Shown: piece after piece, positions 10,448 through 21,651 of the stretch
Layout of the letters: the number at the start of each line of letters is the position of its first letter
Numbering within the stretch: position 1 is the stretch's first letter
Source of the DNA: an uncultured delta proteobacterium
GTDB lineage: Bacteria > Desulfobacterota > Desulfobacteria > Desulfobacterales > JAFDCJ01
DNA length: 64,000 bases
Assembly (NCBI GenBank): GCA_963769935.1
Contig: CAVYNY010000013.1
Location: 480,001 to 544,000 of the forward strand
Direction: 5' to 3'
Notes under the pieces: generated by a model
The model's input: only the letters and a program-made list of their open reading frames with translations
The model's database searches: none
Told to the model about the DNA's origin: nothing
Program-made: the position numbers and the translations under genes

Positions 10448-11536
10448 ATGAGTGAACAGCTGCCAGAAACTATGAACGCGTTGGTCTTAAACGCTCCGGG
10501 AAAGTTTGACATTCAGACGGTGCCGGTGCCCGCACCGGGCCCCTTTGAAGTGCTCTGCCGAATTCGCGCCGTGGCGATCTGCGGCACCGATCCCGAGGTG
10601 ATTGCAGGCGGGTTCCCCGGCTATTGGCCGCCGGCCTACCCCTTTATTCCCGGACATGAATGGGCGGGCGAGATCGTGGCGATCGGCGAGCATGCGCTGG
10701 GATTCCAGGTCGGCGACCGGGTGGCCGGCGAGGCCTGGAAGGGATGCGGCCATTGTTACCGCTGCATCGCGGGGCATTACAACCTATGCGAGAACTACGG
10801 ACGCCCGGATTCCGGGATGCGGCATTATGGTTTCCAAGCCAGCGGCGCCTATGCCCAGTACAATGTCTACTCCATCAAGAGCATTCACCAAATGCAGCCC
10901 CAGGTGTCGTTTCAGGAAGGCGCCCTGGTGGACACCGCGGGGGTCGGGATGCACGGCGTCGAATTGGCCGGAGTCACCCCCGGCGGCGTGGTCGCGGTGA
11001 TCGGTCCCGGTCCGATAGGGATCCTCACCATGCGCACGGCGCGGATCATGGGGGCGAGCAAGGTCATCATGGTCGGCCGGCGCTCCCGCCTGGAAGCCGC
11101 CGGGAGGCTGGGTGCCGACTGCCTGGTGGATTTCGAGAAAGAGGAGCCCGTTGCGGCCGTGCGGGCAGCCGCAGGCGGCCGCCCGGTCGACGAGGTCTTC
11201 GAGTGCTCGGGAGCCGAGGGCACCTTCCGGCAGGCGGTCATGATGGTCAGGGAAGGCGGACGGGTAGCTCTTTTGGGGGTCCCGCCGGCTACGGCCATGG
11301 AGCCGCTGCCCTTCAGGCACATCTGCCGCAACGAAATAGCCATCTTCGGCGTCAAAGCCAATCCGAACGTCAGTGCGAAAACACTGGCATTGATCGCTTC
11401 GGGTCAGCTGGCCGTGAAGGACTTGATCACCCATGTGTTCCCTCTGCAGGAGTTCGGGAATGCGCTGGATACATTCGTCAATCGGCGCGAGGGAGCGGTC
11501 AAGGTCGTTATCGAACCCAATGGACCTGAATCCTGA
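10448..11536 (+). CDS. Zn-dependent alcohol/polyol dehydrogenase (MDR), paralog 2
   Basis: ICGTD, GHEW, CGHCYRC..C, GPGPIG; RBS GGAGGAGG. Confidence 0.92.
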   Translation: MSEQLPETMNALVLNAPGKFDIQTVPVPAPGPFEVLCRIRAVAICGTDPEVIAGGFPGYWPPAYPFIPGHEWAGEIVAIGEHALGFQVGDRVAGEAWKGCGHCYRCIAGHYNLCENYGRPDSGMRHYGFQASGAYAQYNVYSIKSIHQMQPQVSFQEGALVDTAGVGMHGVELAGVTPGGVVAVIGPGPIGILTMRTARIMGASKVIMVGRRSRLEAAGRLGADCLVDFEKEEPVAAVRAAAGGRPVDEVFECSGAEGTFRQAVMMVREGGRVALLGVPPATAMEPLPFRHICRNEIAIFGVKANPNVSAKTLALIASGQLAVKDLITHVFPLQEFGNALDTFVNRREGAVKVVIEPNGPES

Positions 11537-11712
11537 CCCAACCTGCAGCGACGACCCAGCGTGCCTGCGACTGCTTCCAACCCGGGACGCTGATCCGGAC
11601 ATTTCACGGGTGGAGGTGGCGGCAGCCGCAAGGCGTCGGATTATGATGCTTTACCTAAGGTAGGTTGAATGAATTTTATTTTTATGACATGGGCGGGCTA
11701 AGGAGAGCCACG

Positions 11713-12468
11713 ATGATCAACTACACCATTCGGCAGATCCAGACCGGCTGGCAATTTCTGGACAAGGGATTGTACGGCACCTACGGAAAGGGGTATGGCG
11801 AAATCATCGAACACCCCGTGTTCTGCTTCCTGATCGAAGGGGGGGGGCGCAAAATACTCGTTGACACGGGCATGAGCGACACGGAACACTCCAAAAAATA
11901 CCATCACGAAGGCAGGCAGGACCCCGGCCAGGCGATCCACGAGCAGCTTGCCCGGCTCGGGGTCGGCGTCGATGAAATCGAGATCATCATCTTCACGCAT
12001 CTGCACTGGGATCACTGTTACAATGTAAAGAAGTTCCCCCGGGCGCGGCTTTTTGCGAGCGAGATCGAATATCGCTTTGCACTGGACCCCATCCCGTTCT
12101 ATTGGAATTCATACGAAGCGCCGGCCCTCGGAATCGGATGCCCCTTTGACGGTTGCCATTTCAACCTCATCCAGGGGGAGGAGGAAATCGTCGAAGGAAT
12201 CCGCGCCTACCCTACCCCCGGACACAGTCCCGGTCACATGGCCGTATCCGTGCAGACTTTAAATGGGGTGTACTCGCTCATCGGAGACTTGATCCTGCTG
12301 CGGGAGTCGTTGCAGCCCAACACGGAGAAGGGATGGCCTCTGACGCCGCCGGGCCGGTTCTACAACATCGTCGAAGTCTGGCACAGCATGGAGGAGGTCA
12401 TCCGGCGTTCCGATCATATCCTCATGACGCATGATCCCGGGCAACTGAAGCAGGAAATATACCCATGA
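11713..12468 (+). CDS. MBL-fold hydrolase, N-acyl-homoserine lactonase family
   Basis: VDTG, THLHWDH, TPGHSPGH, GD, HD; RBS AGGAG. Confidence 0.88.
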   Translation: MINYTIRQIQTGWQFLDKGLYGTYGKGYGEIIEHPVFCFLIEGGGRKILVDTGMSDTEHSKKYHHEGRQDPGQAIHEQLARLGVGVDEIEIIIFTHLHWDHCYNVKKFPRARLFASEIEYRFALDPIPFYWNSYEAPALGIGCPFDGCHFNLIQGEEEIVEGIRAYPTPGHSPGHMAVSVQTLNGVYSLIGDLILLRESLQPNTEKGWPLTPPGRFYNIVEVWHSMEEVIRRSDHILMTHDPGQLKQEIYP

Positions 12469-13103
12469 CAGCAACAGGTCGCCGGGGGCAAGGCTCCCGG
12501 CAGAACACAGCGACCCGACGCGTCAAAGACGAGCTGGTGCGATCCGCCCGGCGCGCTTACGAAATCGGCCTTCAGACAGGAGACGGCGGCAACTTGAGCG
12601 GCCGGGTGGCCGGTACGGATCTGGTTGTCATCAAAGCGAGCGGGGTTTCCTTCGGCGAATGCAGGCCGGACAACCTGGTGACCGTCAACCTCCAGGGCGA
12701 AATCGTCCACGGCGAAGCGAAGCCTTCGCGGGAGCTTTTCACTCATCTGGCGGTCTACACGGCGCGGCCGGAGATCCTGGGAATTTGCCACTGTCACGGC
12801 CCCTGGTCCATTGCCTGTGCCGAATTCCATTCCCAGATCCGCTGCATCAGCCTGCATGCCGGATCCAAAATCGGACCGATCCCGGTTCTGAAAGTCGCAG
12901 GACAAGGCGACCTGAAGGTCAAGAAGGCCGTTGAAGCCCTGCTGGCAAAATATCCGGGCTTGAAGGCATTCGTGCAGGCCCGGCACGGGATTTTCGCCAT
13001 GGCGGAATCCGTTACCCGGGCGGAGCACCATGCGGAATTGGTCGAGGAAACGGCGCAGATCGCCTGGCTGGTGGCCATGCGCAAGCTGCCGCGGGTTTCC
13101 TGA
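12465..13103 (+). CDS. Class II aldolase/adducin family protein (AraD/FucA/MtnB/OtnC-like)
   Basis: GGNLS, PSRE..H, HCH, RHG; ATGA overlap with upstream gene. Confidence 0.9.
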   Translation: MTATGRRGQGSRQNTATRRVKDELVRSARRAYEIGLQTGDGGNLSGRVAGTDLVVIKASGVSFGECRPDNLVTVNLQGEIVHGEAKPSRELFTHLAVYTARPEILGICHCHGPWSIACAEFHSQIRCISLHAGSKIGPIPVLKVAGQGDLKVKKAVEALLAKYPGLKAFVQARHGIFAMAESVTRAEHHAELVEETAQIAWLVAMRKLPRVS

Positions 13104-13117
13104 GGAGCTTTTTTTCG

Positions 13118-14398
13118 ATGCCGAAACAAATCGTATTGCTCGGAACGCTAGACACCAAGGGACCGGAGATCCAATTCGCCAAACAGCTGGTTGAACGCCG
13201 GGGGCACGTCGCGGTCGTAATCGATTGCGGCATTATGGGAGAGCCGTATTTCGCTGCGGCGGTCTCGAGACAGGAAGTCGCCGGCGCCGCCGGGACCACC
13301 CTCACGGAAATCATCGCCCGGGGCGACAAGAATGCCGCTATCCGGACGATGACGGCCGGATCAACAGCCATTGTCAAGCGGCTTCACGCAGCCGGCCGGA
13401 TGGATGGAATTCTCGCCCTGGGCGGCGGTCAGGGTACCGTGATGGGAACCGCGGTAATGCAGGCCCTGCCCTTCGGAGTGCCCAAGGTCATGCTGTCGGC
13501 CGTCGCCAACGGCCAGACCGCGTTCGGTCCTTTCGTCGGAACCCGGGACATCACGATCATCCACTCGGTAGCCGACGTCCTGGGGCTGAACATCATCACC
13601 CGGCGAGTCCTGGCTGAAGCGGTGGGCGCCATAACCGGTATGGTTGAGATAGATTTCGATGAACCCGGTTCGGGCCGCCCCGCCATCGCCATGACGACTG
13701 CGGGCGTCACGACGCTCTGTGCCATGCGCGCCCGGGATGTCCTGGATTCCAGGGGCTACGAAGTGATCGCCTTCCATTGCAACGGCATCGGCGCCCAGGC
13801 CATGGAAGAATTGGCCGAAGCCGGGCTGCTCGCCGGCATCCTGGACATCAGCCCGCATGACATCACGGATTATCTCTTCGGGGGCATCTTCCCGGCCTTC
13901 CGGAACCGGATGGAGGCAACCTGCCGGCTGGGGATTCCCCAGGTGGTTGTACCGGGAACCACCGATTTCATTCTGTATGCCGGGATTGACTCCGTGCCGC
14001 CCGAAATGTTGCAGCGCAAATACGTCATCCACAATCCGATCCATACCCACGTGCGCACCAACCATGAGGAAATGGCGGCGGTCGGACGCTTTATCGCCGA
14101 ACGGCTGATCCGCAGCACCGGACCGGCGGAGGTGATCATCCCCAAACGGGGTTTCACGGCGCTCAACACGGCCGGCGGTCCGATGTACGACCCGCAATCG
14201 GACAGCGGTTTTGCGGAGGGCCTTTTAGAGACCCTCGGGCAAGGCGGTGCGCATAAGGTCCGCGTGGAGGAAATCGACCGGCATATCAACGACCCCGAGT
14301 TTGCCGAAGCCCTCGCCCTAAGGATCGATACACTGGTCACGCAGGCGAACCCTTTGCATACACGGAATATACAGGAGCATCATGAACCCCGCCGATAA
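13118..14398 (+). CDS. Tm-1-like ATP-binding domain protein (UPF0261), copy 1
   Basis: GTLDTKG, GGGQGT, LPFGVPKV, FHCNGIG, HINDPEFA. Confidence 0.9.
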   Translation: MPKQIVLLGTLDTKGPEIQFAKQLVERRGHVAVVIDCGIMGEPYFAAAVSRQEVAGAAGTTLTEIIARGDKNAAIRTMTAGSTAIVKRLHAAGRMDGILALGGGQGTVMGTAVMQALPFGVPKVMLSAVANGQTAFGPFVGTRDITIIHSVADVLGLNIITRRVLAEAVGAITGMVEIDFDEPGSGRPAIAMTTAGVTTLCAMRARDVLDSRGYEVIAFHCNGIGAQAMEELAEAGLLAGILDISPHDITDYLFGGIFPAFRNRMEATCRLGIPQVVVPGTTDFILYAGIDSVPPEMLQRKYVIHNPIHTHVRTNHEEMAAVGRFIAERLIRSTGPAEVIIPKRGFTALNTAGGPMYDPQSDSGFAEGLLETLGQGGAHKVRVEEIDRHINDPEFAEALALRIDTLVTQANPLHTRNIQEHHEPRR

Positions 14399-15676
14399 AT
14401 CGGGCTTTTTTGCGGATCGCGCGCGCCTGGACATGGCGCGCTATCTGGTTTTCGACTATCGCTTCGAAACGGCGATTGCGCCCGAGGAAGCCGCCGCGCA
14501 CCTGTGCCAGGAACAATCCACCGCGCAATGGAAGCGGGTCGGGGTGCAGGAGGACCTGCGGGAGCGTTTCGGTGCCAAAGTCATCGATCTGCAGATTGAG
14601 CGCCGGCAGGAGGCCCCCTCATTTCCTTCGGCCGCGCTCGCAGAAGGAGCGGTTGATGTCTGCCGGGTCAAAATCGCCCATCCGCACGGAAATTTCGGCC
14701 CCAAACTGCCGAACATTCTGACGGCCGCCTGCGGCGAGGGCGCTTTTTTTTCGCCGGGGATTTCGGCCATCAAGCTGCTGGACATCGAGTTCCCCGACGC
14801 GTTTCTGGAGAATTTCCAGGGGCCTCAATTCGGGGTCGAGGGTCTGCGCCGCATGCTGCAGGTCTATGATCGACCGCTTTTTTTCGGCGTGATCAAGCCC
14901 AACATCGGCCTGCCGCCGGAGCCGTTTGCCGAGCTCGCCTATCAGGCCTGGCTGGGGGGGTTGGATATCGCCAAAGACGATGAAATGCTGTGCGATGTCG
15001 ACTGGTCGCCGTTACGCAAGAGGGCCCGATTGTTGGGCGCGGCGCGCTTGAAAAGTGAGAAAGAAACCGGAGAAAAGAAAATATACCTGGCGAATATCAC
15101 CGATGAAGTCGACCGGCTGATTGAATTGCACGACATTGCCGTGGCGGCCGGAGCCAATGCCGTGATGGTCAACGGCATGACAACCGGGTTAAGTGCGGTG
15201 CGCATGTTGCGCAAGCATGCCCGGGTACCGCTGGTGGGACATTTCGACTTTATCGCGCCGTTCACTCAAATTCCTTTTTACGGCGTGCATTCAAAATTGG
15301 TCACCAAGCTGCAGCGGCTGGTGGGTTTTGATGCCATTATCATGCCGGGTTTCGGAAACAGGATGAAAACCCCGCAGGATGAAGTATTGGAAAATGTGCA
15401 GGAATGCTTCAAACCCATGGGCCATATCAAAGACACCCTGCCGGTTCCGGCCGGCAGCCAATGGGCCGGCTCCACGGTAAAATTATATCAGCAGCCTGGG
15501 TACGATTGATTTCGGGATTGTGCCGGGCAGGGGTGTTTTCGGCCATCCCATGGGACCCCGAAGGCGGCGCCGCCAGTCTGAGACAGGGTTGGGAATCGGT
15601 TCAAAAGAGTATGACCCTTGAAGAATACGCCAAGGATCATCCGGAGTTAAAGGCGGCGATTGAGGCGTTTTCGTGA
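14382..15676 (+). CDS. RuBisCO-like protein, form IV (Chlorobium-type IV-Photo); two apparent +1 frameshifts near 15496 and 15559
   Basis: [37 protein letters not shown]; removing two extra C's restores [28 protein letters not shown]...HPEL to stop at 15676. Confidence 0.9.
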
Positions 15677-15736
15677 TGGTCCGTTGCCGGCAAATTTTAT
15701 TACTACCATGAATACCCAACAACCGGCCACTGACAT

Positions 15737-16968
15737 TTACTTTGCTTCACCCATCACCTCCAACAATTGCTCAAAGGCGACAGTGGCAAATTCGTCATCG
15801 TTGATGTGAGCTTCTACCTCGATGATGGGGATGTCCCGCCGCAGGTTTTTTTTCAATTCCTTCAAAAACACCGGATTACCATCAGGATTCCACAAAGCCA
15901 GACCTTTCTTGTCCTGAGAGCAGAATCCCTGCGCCGGATAACAGGAATTTAACCTTGCCTTTCGCCTTGTTTAATTTTTCAGCAAAAGTTGCAGCGATGA
16001 TTTTCAATTCTTCCACGGTTGTATTTATAAGGGTAATATTCGGATTGTGGTAGTATTTTTGGCGATCATCATATTTTGACTGCAAAGCGTCTTCGCTGCT
16101 CAATACGATGATGTTGGCCGCTCCGGGTGTCACCACGGTCGGGACGCCCATTTCCAGTGCGGCTTCCATTCTGCCGGGCTTGGCGACATGCAGGCCCCCA
16201 AAATTATTGGCAACCAATTCGTTGGTTGAAAAGTCCAGCACACCGGCAAAATATTTTTCAGGGACCAAGGTGTCCATGCAATCACCGCCGGTGCCGTTGG
16301 CATGGAAGGTCAAAACTTCATAGCCGCGTTTTTCGAGCTCAGGTTTTATAACGCTCATGATGGGCTTGGTGGTTGTGCCCAGCATGCTGATGGCGATACT
16401 TTTAGGTTTTTTATCGGATGCCTCCGGTTTTACTTTAACCATTCCCACAATGGCACCCACCGCATTGTTGAAAACTCTTCTGCTGATCGAATTTATACCC
16501 AGGATATCGATAACGGAATGCATGACGGTGGCATCATTGTATCCGATGAGATCACTAAACAGGTGTTTGCCGGAAGCAATCGTGGAAACGGCGATCTTGG
16601 GTACGCCCAGCGGTAAGGCATCCATGGCCGCACGCGCTAATACGGACCCTTCCGCACCGCCGATGGCAATCAGACCCTGGATAGTTCCTTCTTCATAAAG
16701 CTTCTTCACATAAGTCTGTAGGCAATCCCGCATTCTTTCTATTGCGGCCCCCCTGGAGCCGGCATTCGACAAGCTCCTGGATGGTTTTACCTGAATACTC
16801 GACAACCTGGTCGCGGGTAACCTCAGGCTCCAGAAAGACCGGTTTGCCAAGGATGCCCGAATCAACCACCAGAGCGTTGACATGGCAGGATTCTATGCGC
16901 TGCTTCAAGTAGAGTGCTTCTTCTCCTTTGGTATCGCAGGTTGCGATGATTGCAATTGTGTCAGACAT
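15737..16968 (-). CDS. Tm-1-like ATP-binding domain protein (UPF0261), copy 2; frameshifts near 16770 and 15945
   Basis: ATCDTKG, GGAEGS, LPLGVPK, FHANGTGG, HINDDEFA spread over three frames. Confidence 0.85.
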
Positions 16969-17103
16969 AGCATGAATCCTCAATGTCCAATCAGATACTC
17001 AATTCCGGACGAACTATTTCGAAATAGGGATACGAACCGTTATTCAAATGCGCTAAAATGCCTAAAATTAAATTGACTAAAATAATTCGATGCGCTTAAA
17101 GCG

Positions 17104-17756
17104 CTAACTCTCGTATTCTTCCAGTTCGGCCAGAAGGTCGTTGAAAAATTCTCGGCGGATCTGATTCCGCCCCTCCGGGCCGCGAATTCTTTGCCGGTCT
17201 TGGTATAAAACGTCAAATTTTTGAAACCGGCCCGCCACTTGACGATGGCATACAGATTTTTATAATCCTGATGGCCCGCCAAACCGCGCTGTCCGAACTC
17301 CACATAAGTCCTCACAACCTGAAGGATACCGATTTTCCCTATCTTTTCCAGCAAATCGGCATCATGGACGACCTTGGCTTCCAGACTGGGCGGCTCGACT
17401 TCAAAACCGGGCATGGCTCCCTTATGGCTCAGGATGCAGTCGGCAATCTTTTTCCTTTCGGCCGCACTCCAATCACCCAGACGGTCCACGCACTTCTCGG
17501 CGCCGATGCGGTGATGGACCGCCGGATCCGGATTATACAAAAAGCCGATATCATGCAGCAGAATCGCCGGCAGTACGATCTGCATGTCGGCCCCCTCGGC
17601 TTCGCCGATCCGGACGGCATTGATCGTGTCCCGGTAGATATGGTCCCAGTTATGAGCGACGAAATCACGGCTCTCAAAGGCGGTTTTGACGCTGTCGTGG
17701 ATCATCTTTATCCGCTTGTCTGCAAGGTATCCCTCAAGTTGCGTGCGTGCCGACAT
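17104..17756 (-). CDS. HD domain protein; frameshift near 17160
   Basis: AHNWDH, LLHDIG, HDADLLE. Confidence 0.8.
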
Positions 17757-17773
17757 TTCAAACATCTCCGGAC

Positions 17774-18891
17774 TTAAAGACCTGCCGCCTCTGCAACCAG
17801 ATCCACCAGATTGACTACCTTGATATTATTTATACTCCGGGCAGTCATTGTTTTTTTGAAGGTTTCATCACAGCGCGGACAACCCGAAACCAAAAGGGCA
17901 GCTCCGGTCTCTCTGGCTTCATCGATTCTCAACGCGGCGATTGCTTCTGACACATCTGATCGATGAACCGCCAACATCCCCCTGCCCCGCAACAATTGGC
18001 CCATTGTTTATGAGTCGCCATCTCTTTGAACTCATCATCCAGGATTTTTGAAAGAATAAACCGGGGCGAATCCACATCCTCAAAAAATCTCGCCAGGACG
18101 CAGGGATCGTGATAGGTGGCACCATCAGTAACCTTGCTGATCACAGGTATCTGATTATTCTTCAACCAGTCTGCCATCAGAGCATTGATATGCAGGATCT
18201 TTATTCCCTTAATGTCACCGCCGAATCGTAGATGTTCTTCCCATCAGCATCCTGTAGCTGCGGCCATCCAGAGCGACAACCGTCGAAACTTGGCTGTCTC
18301 TGATCTTTTCTGCAACCAGGCTGATAATTGTTTGGCGCCTTCAAAGTCTCCCAGTTGATATAGCGCCCAACCACTGGCGGGTTCATCCGCAAGTACTTTA
18401 AATGATTTACCGGCCTGATTGAAGAGTTTGCCGGCGGCGATCAGCGTTGGTATTTGAGAATCCCTTGCCGCTCTGCCGCAAAACAGCAGTGTGTCGGCAT
18501 CGGAATCGAGCGCAATCCGGCATGCGGTCAATATCCTTTGCGGATTTTCCCCCTGTACCGGATTCTGGCGCAGACCTTTGGTGTAGGCGATGACTTCATC
18601 CGGTGCCAGGCCCTTTTCAAAGAGACGGGCTCTGGTATCAATCACGAGTTCTTCGTGATCGTAATTACCCACACACCATTGCTGCAGCATGCGGTCATTG
18701 AGGGTGGTATACATGATATCCGCCACATCCTCATCATATCCAAGCAGTCCGTTATCTAAGGCAGATATGATGGCCCCCCGGCCGCGTGGCGTATAGGATT
18801 CTCTGCGTACGACCTGGCCTACCCGGTCGGCACAATGACACATCATGCAAAAACGGCAGGCCCAGATGGTTTCCGTCTCTTTCCTTTTCAC
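17774..18891 (-). CDS. (Fe-S)-binding CCG-domain oxidoreductase subunit (GlcF/GlpC/HdrD-like); several frameshifts
   Basis: CRFCMMC, YHDPC, CCGAGG, SGCPRC in successive frames. Confidence 0.8.
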
Positions 18892-19068
18892 TCAAAAACA
18901 TCGCTGTTACCTTTTAAATTAAACGTTCTAATTTACGAATCTACCCGATTGGGATCATTTGTCCAAATTCATTGGAATATGCTTCGAAATCGATATTCGA
19001 AATTCGAATTTTGCCTTGCTCAGCCTTCAGCAGGATTCGGCCTCCCCAAATATGGATAAGATCATCGG

Positions 19069-20514
19069 TTACTTTCGCCTTATAAAACCCAGTTTGCCCG
19101 GATTCATAATTCCGGCCGGATCCAGTGCATCTTTAATTCTTTGCATCGTCGGCCAGGCCGGCCCATACTGTTCTTCCATCAACCAGCCCAGTTTAAAACC
19201 GATCCCATGATGATCGTTCAATACGCCGCCATGTTCAAGGGAAGCACGCGCCGCTTTGCCCCAGATCTCGGTATGCAGCTGCAAGGCTTCATGCGGATCC
19301 TGGGGTGGCTTGGCGATCAGGAAACGATCATAAACCATCACGCCCCACGGAAACCAGTGCGAGAAGTGTGCCATGTAGTCCGTACCCCACTCCTTGAATT
19401 CTTCGGTGATGACCCGTTGCTTGGCTTTGAATATATTGTAGATCTTATCGTAAGTTGCGGTGGTTTCCACAGTCCCGAACATTTCCGGCAGCATCAGACT
19501 GTGGGGTGGGAAATAGAAATCATAGCGATGCTTCCACCAGTGTTCACCGGGTTCCGGCCCCAATTGTTTCCCGTTCAGCTTCGGTACAGATCTCATGGAT
19601 GAGCTGAATTTCAAGATCCACAAACCGCCGGTCACCATCCGATCCTAGCACCATGAAGGCGCCTTTCATATCCAGATCAAGTACCCGTTTTACAACCCGT
19701 TCGCTGGAGCTGGAATCATAAAGCCGAATGACACAAGGATGCAGACGCTGGGTCATGATCCGCCGCCCGGCCTCAAGGCCCTGCCGGACATCTTCAAAAA
19801 TATAGGAGTTAAATCTGCGAACCTCGGGTATTGGATCCAGACGCATGGTAACTTCGGTAATGGTCCCCAGGGTGCCCTCCGAACCGACGAACAACTGCAA
19901 CAGTCCCGGACCGCAGGCATGGTTGGGTACCGGCAGGGTTCGGATTATTTCGCCGGACGCCAGCACAACCTCCATGCTCACGACCATGTCTTCGGCTTTG
20001 CCGTACTTTGGTCGACAAAGTCCCGGATCCCCGGGCGGCAACATACCCGCCCAGGGTCGCCCCGTATTCGGAAGCCGGATAATGGGCCAGGGTGAAACCC
20101 TTTTTGTTCAGGGCCCATTCAAGATGCTGGCCGTTGATTCCCGGTTGGGCGGTAACCGTCAGCGACGCCTCATCGATTTTGACAATCCGGTCCATCTTTT
20201 TCAGATCGAGAATGATGCCGCCGTAAAGCGGAACCACACCGCCTTGGCTGCCGGTGCCGCCGCCGTAAGGAATAACCGGGATCCCGTGCCGGGTGGCCAG
20301 TTTATGAATGCGGGCAACCTCTGCGGCCGATTCCGGGAACACGATAAAATCCGGCTTTTCCAGCGTCTGCCGCCGATCGAATCCACATCTGCGGGACCAG
20401 ATAAAAATCCATGCTGTAGGCCAGACGTTCGGCTTCACGTACGGTGACATCTTCGTATCCGACAATATCCAGCAATTCATTTTTGATGATACCTAACAAC
20501 AGATTTTCGGACAT
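19069..20514 (-). CDS. FAD-binding oxidoreductase (GlcD / alkyl-DHAP synthase-like); several frameshifts
   Basis: PYGGGTG, ATLGG, GSEGTLG, HHGIG, DPAGIMNPGK. Confidence 0.85.
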
Positions 20515-21420
20515 CCACCGACCTTTCTAAAATCGTTTGACTAATTGGTTGCTGCTGTTCAACCCTGTCTTTCCATTCGCGATTGGTGACTTCAATTTTA
20601 ACCTTTTCAAGTTCTGCGAGCGCCCGCGCCAGATGCGCTGCAAAGCGTTTTAAGGCTTCTTCGCCTTTTTCCTTTGTGCCCCGCAAAGGATTGCCAATAA
20701 GTCCGGTATCGGAGAACTCCCGGTGTTCCATCGGAAATACGAAATAATTATAGCCTTCAAATTCCACACTGGGGGTACCGTCTTTTTTCAGGAAAGATTC
20801 CGGCAAATAAGGCGGGGTGCTGGTTCTTTCACTTTTTACCGCGCGATCCATCCGGGCCAATTTTTCATCGTGCGCCAGAACCTGGGCGGTCTCCAGCTCT
20901 CCGGCATGCCACCCGGTGTTTCTTCCGGCGGACCTTCCAGGATGTCGGCGATCATGCCGAAATAGTTTTCCGCATAGGGTTTATATACGCACACCAGGGC
21001 GTTGGTATCGTACTTTGATTTTCCTCAGCAAGGGATCGATAATTTTCATGTTGGAGGCATGGCCCGGTAACAAATACAATCTTGTTGAACCCATGGTGGA
21101 TCAAGGAGCGGGCCACGTCATAGTAAAGATTTCTGAAAGTCTCGGCCCGCACGGTGATGGTGCCCAGTCCCAATCCGGGGGGGCCCATATGATGTGGGCT
21201 GTAGCCGATCCATGATTCCGGTGTATACAGCACCTCGGCCTGCACTGGCGGCCCGGTAGGTAACTTCTCTGGCGGTAATCATGTCGGTAAACAGCGGACA
21301 ATGGTAGGAATGCTGTTCCAGACTGGCAATGGGTACCATGATAATATCCTTTTTCTTGAGATAATCCTGGATATCGACATAGGTTAAATTGCCGATGTTA
21401 TATTTGTAATCTGTCTGCAT
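20477..21420 (-). CDS. Creatininase family hydrolase; several frameshifts, true stop possibly near 20559
   Basis: SLEQHSYHCP..TD, GYSPHH, GH, HAGELET, GLIGNP; RBS GGGGAG. Confidence 0.85.
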
Positions 21421-21624
21421 TTTGTCTCCCCTTCCTGGCCCCTGATTGAGTGGCGAATACAGAATCGGCCGTTTATAGTTAATTTTAAAAAAAATCAGAG
21501 AATAGGCTCGTTTAAAAACTGCAAGATCATCGGCAGGACAATTTGTACCTGAAAACAACCTTAAAGAAAATGCCTCCCGACAGTCAAGGAAAAAATCAAA
21601 TTTTCACAATATTTTTTAATAATT

Positions 21625-21651
21625 ATTATATTTTTTCAGTTTTTTAGTCAA
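21625..21651 (-). promoter_or_regulatory. Putative sigma70 promoter of operon 2
   Basis: TTGACT and TATAAT on minus strand; 15-nt homopolymer-rich spacer (short, possibly an error). Confidence 0.4.

Noticed and set aside
14382..15676. Bona fide RuBisCO / Calvin cycle
   Set aside because: Several carboxylase residues are substituted; no small subunit or phosphoribulokinase gene
12465..15676. Standard methionine salvage (MtnB plus MtnW)
   Set aside because: RLP motifs are Chlorobium-type rather than YkrW-type; no mtnA, mtnK, mtnP, mtnX or mtnD in the window
17040..17756. HD protein as Cas3-HD or defence nuclease
   Set aside because: Small stand-alone HD inside a metabolic operon, with no helicase or cas neighbours
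20477..21420. Mycofactocin peptidase MftE
   Set aside because: No mftA/B/C genes; the nearby radical SAM is B12-type, not SPASM
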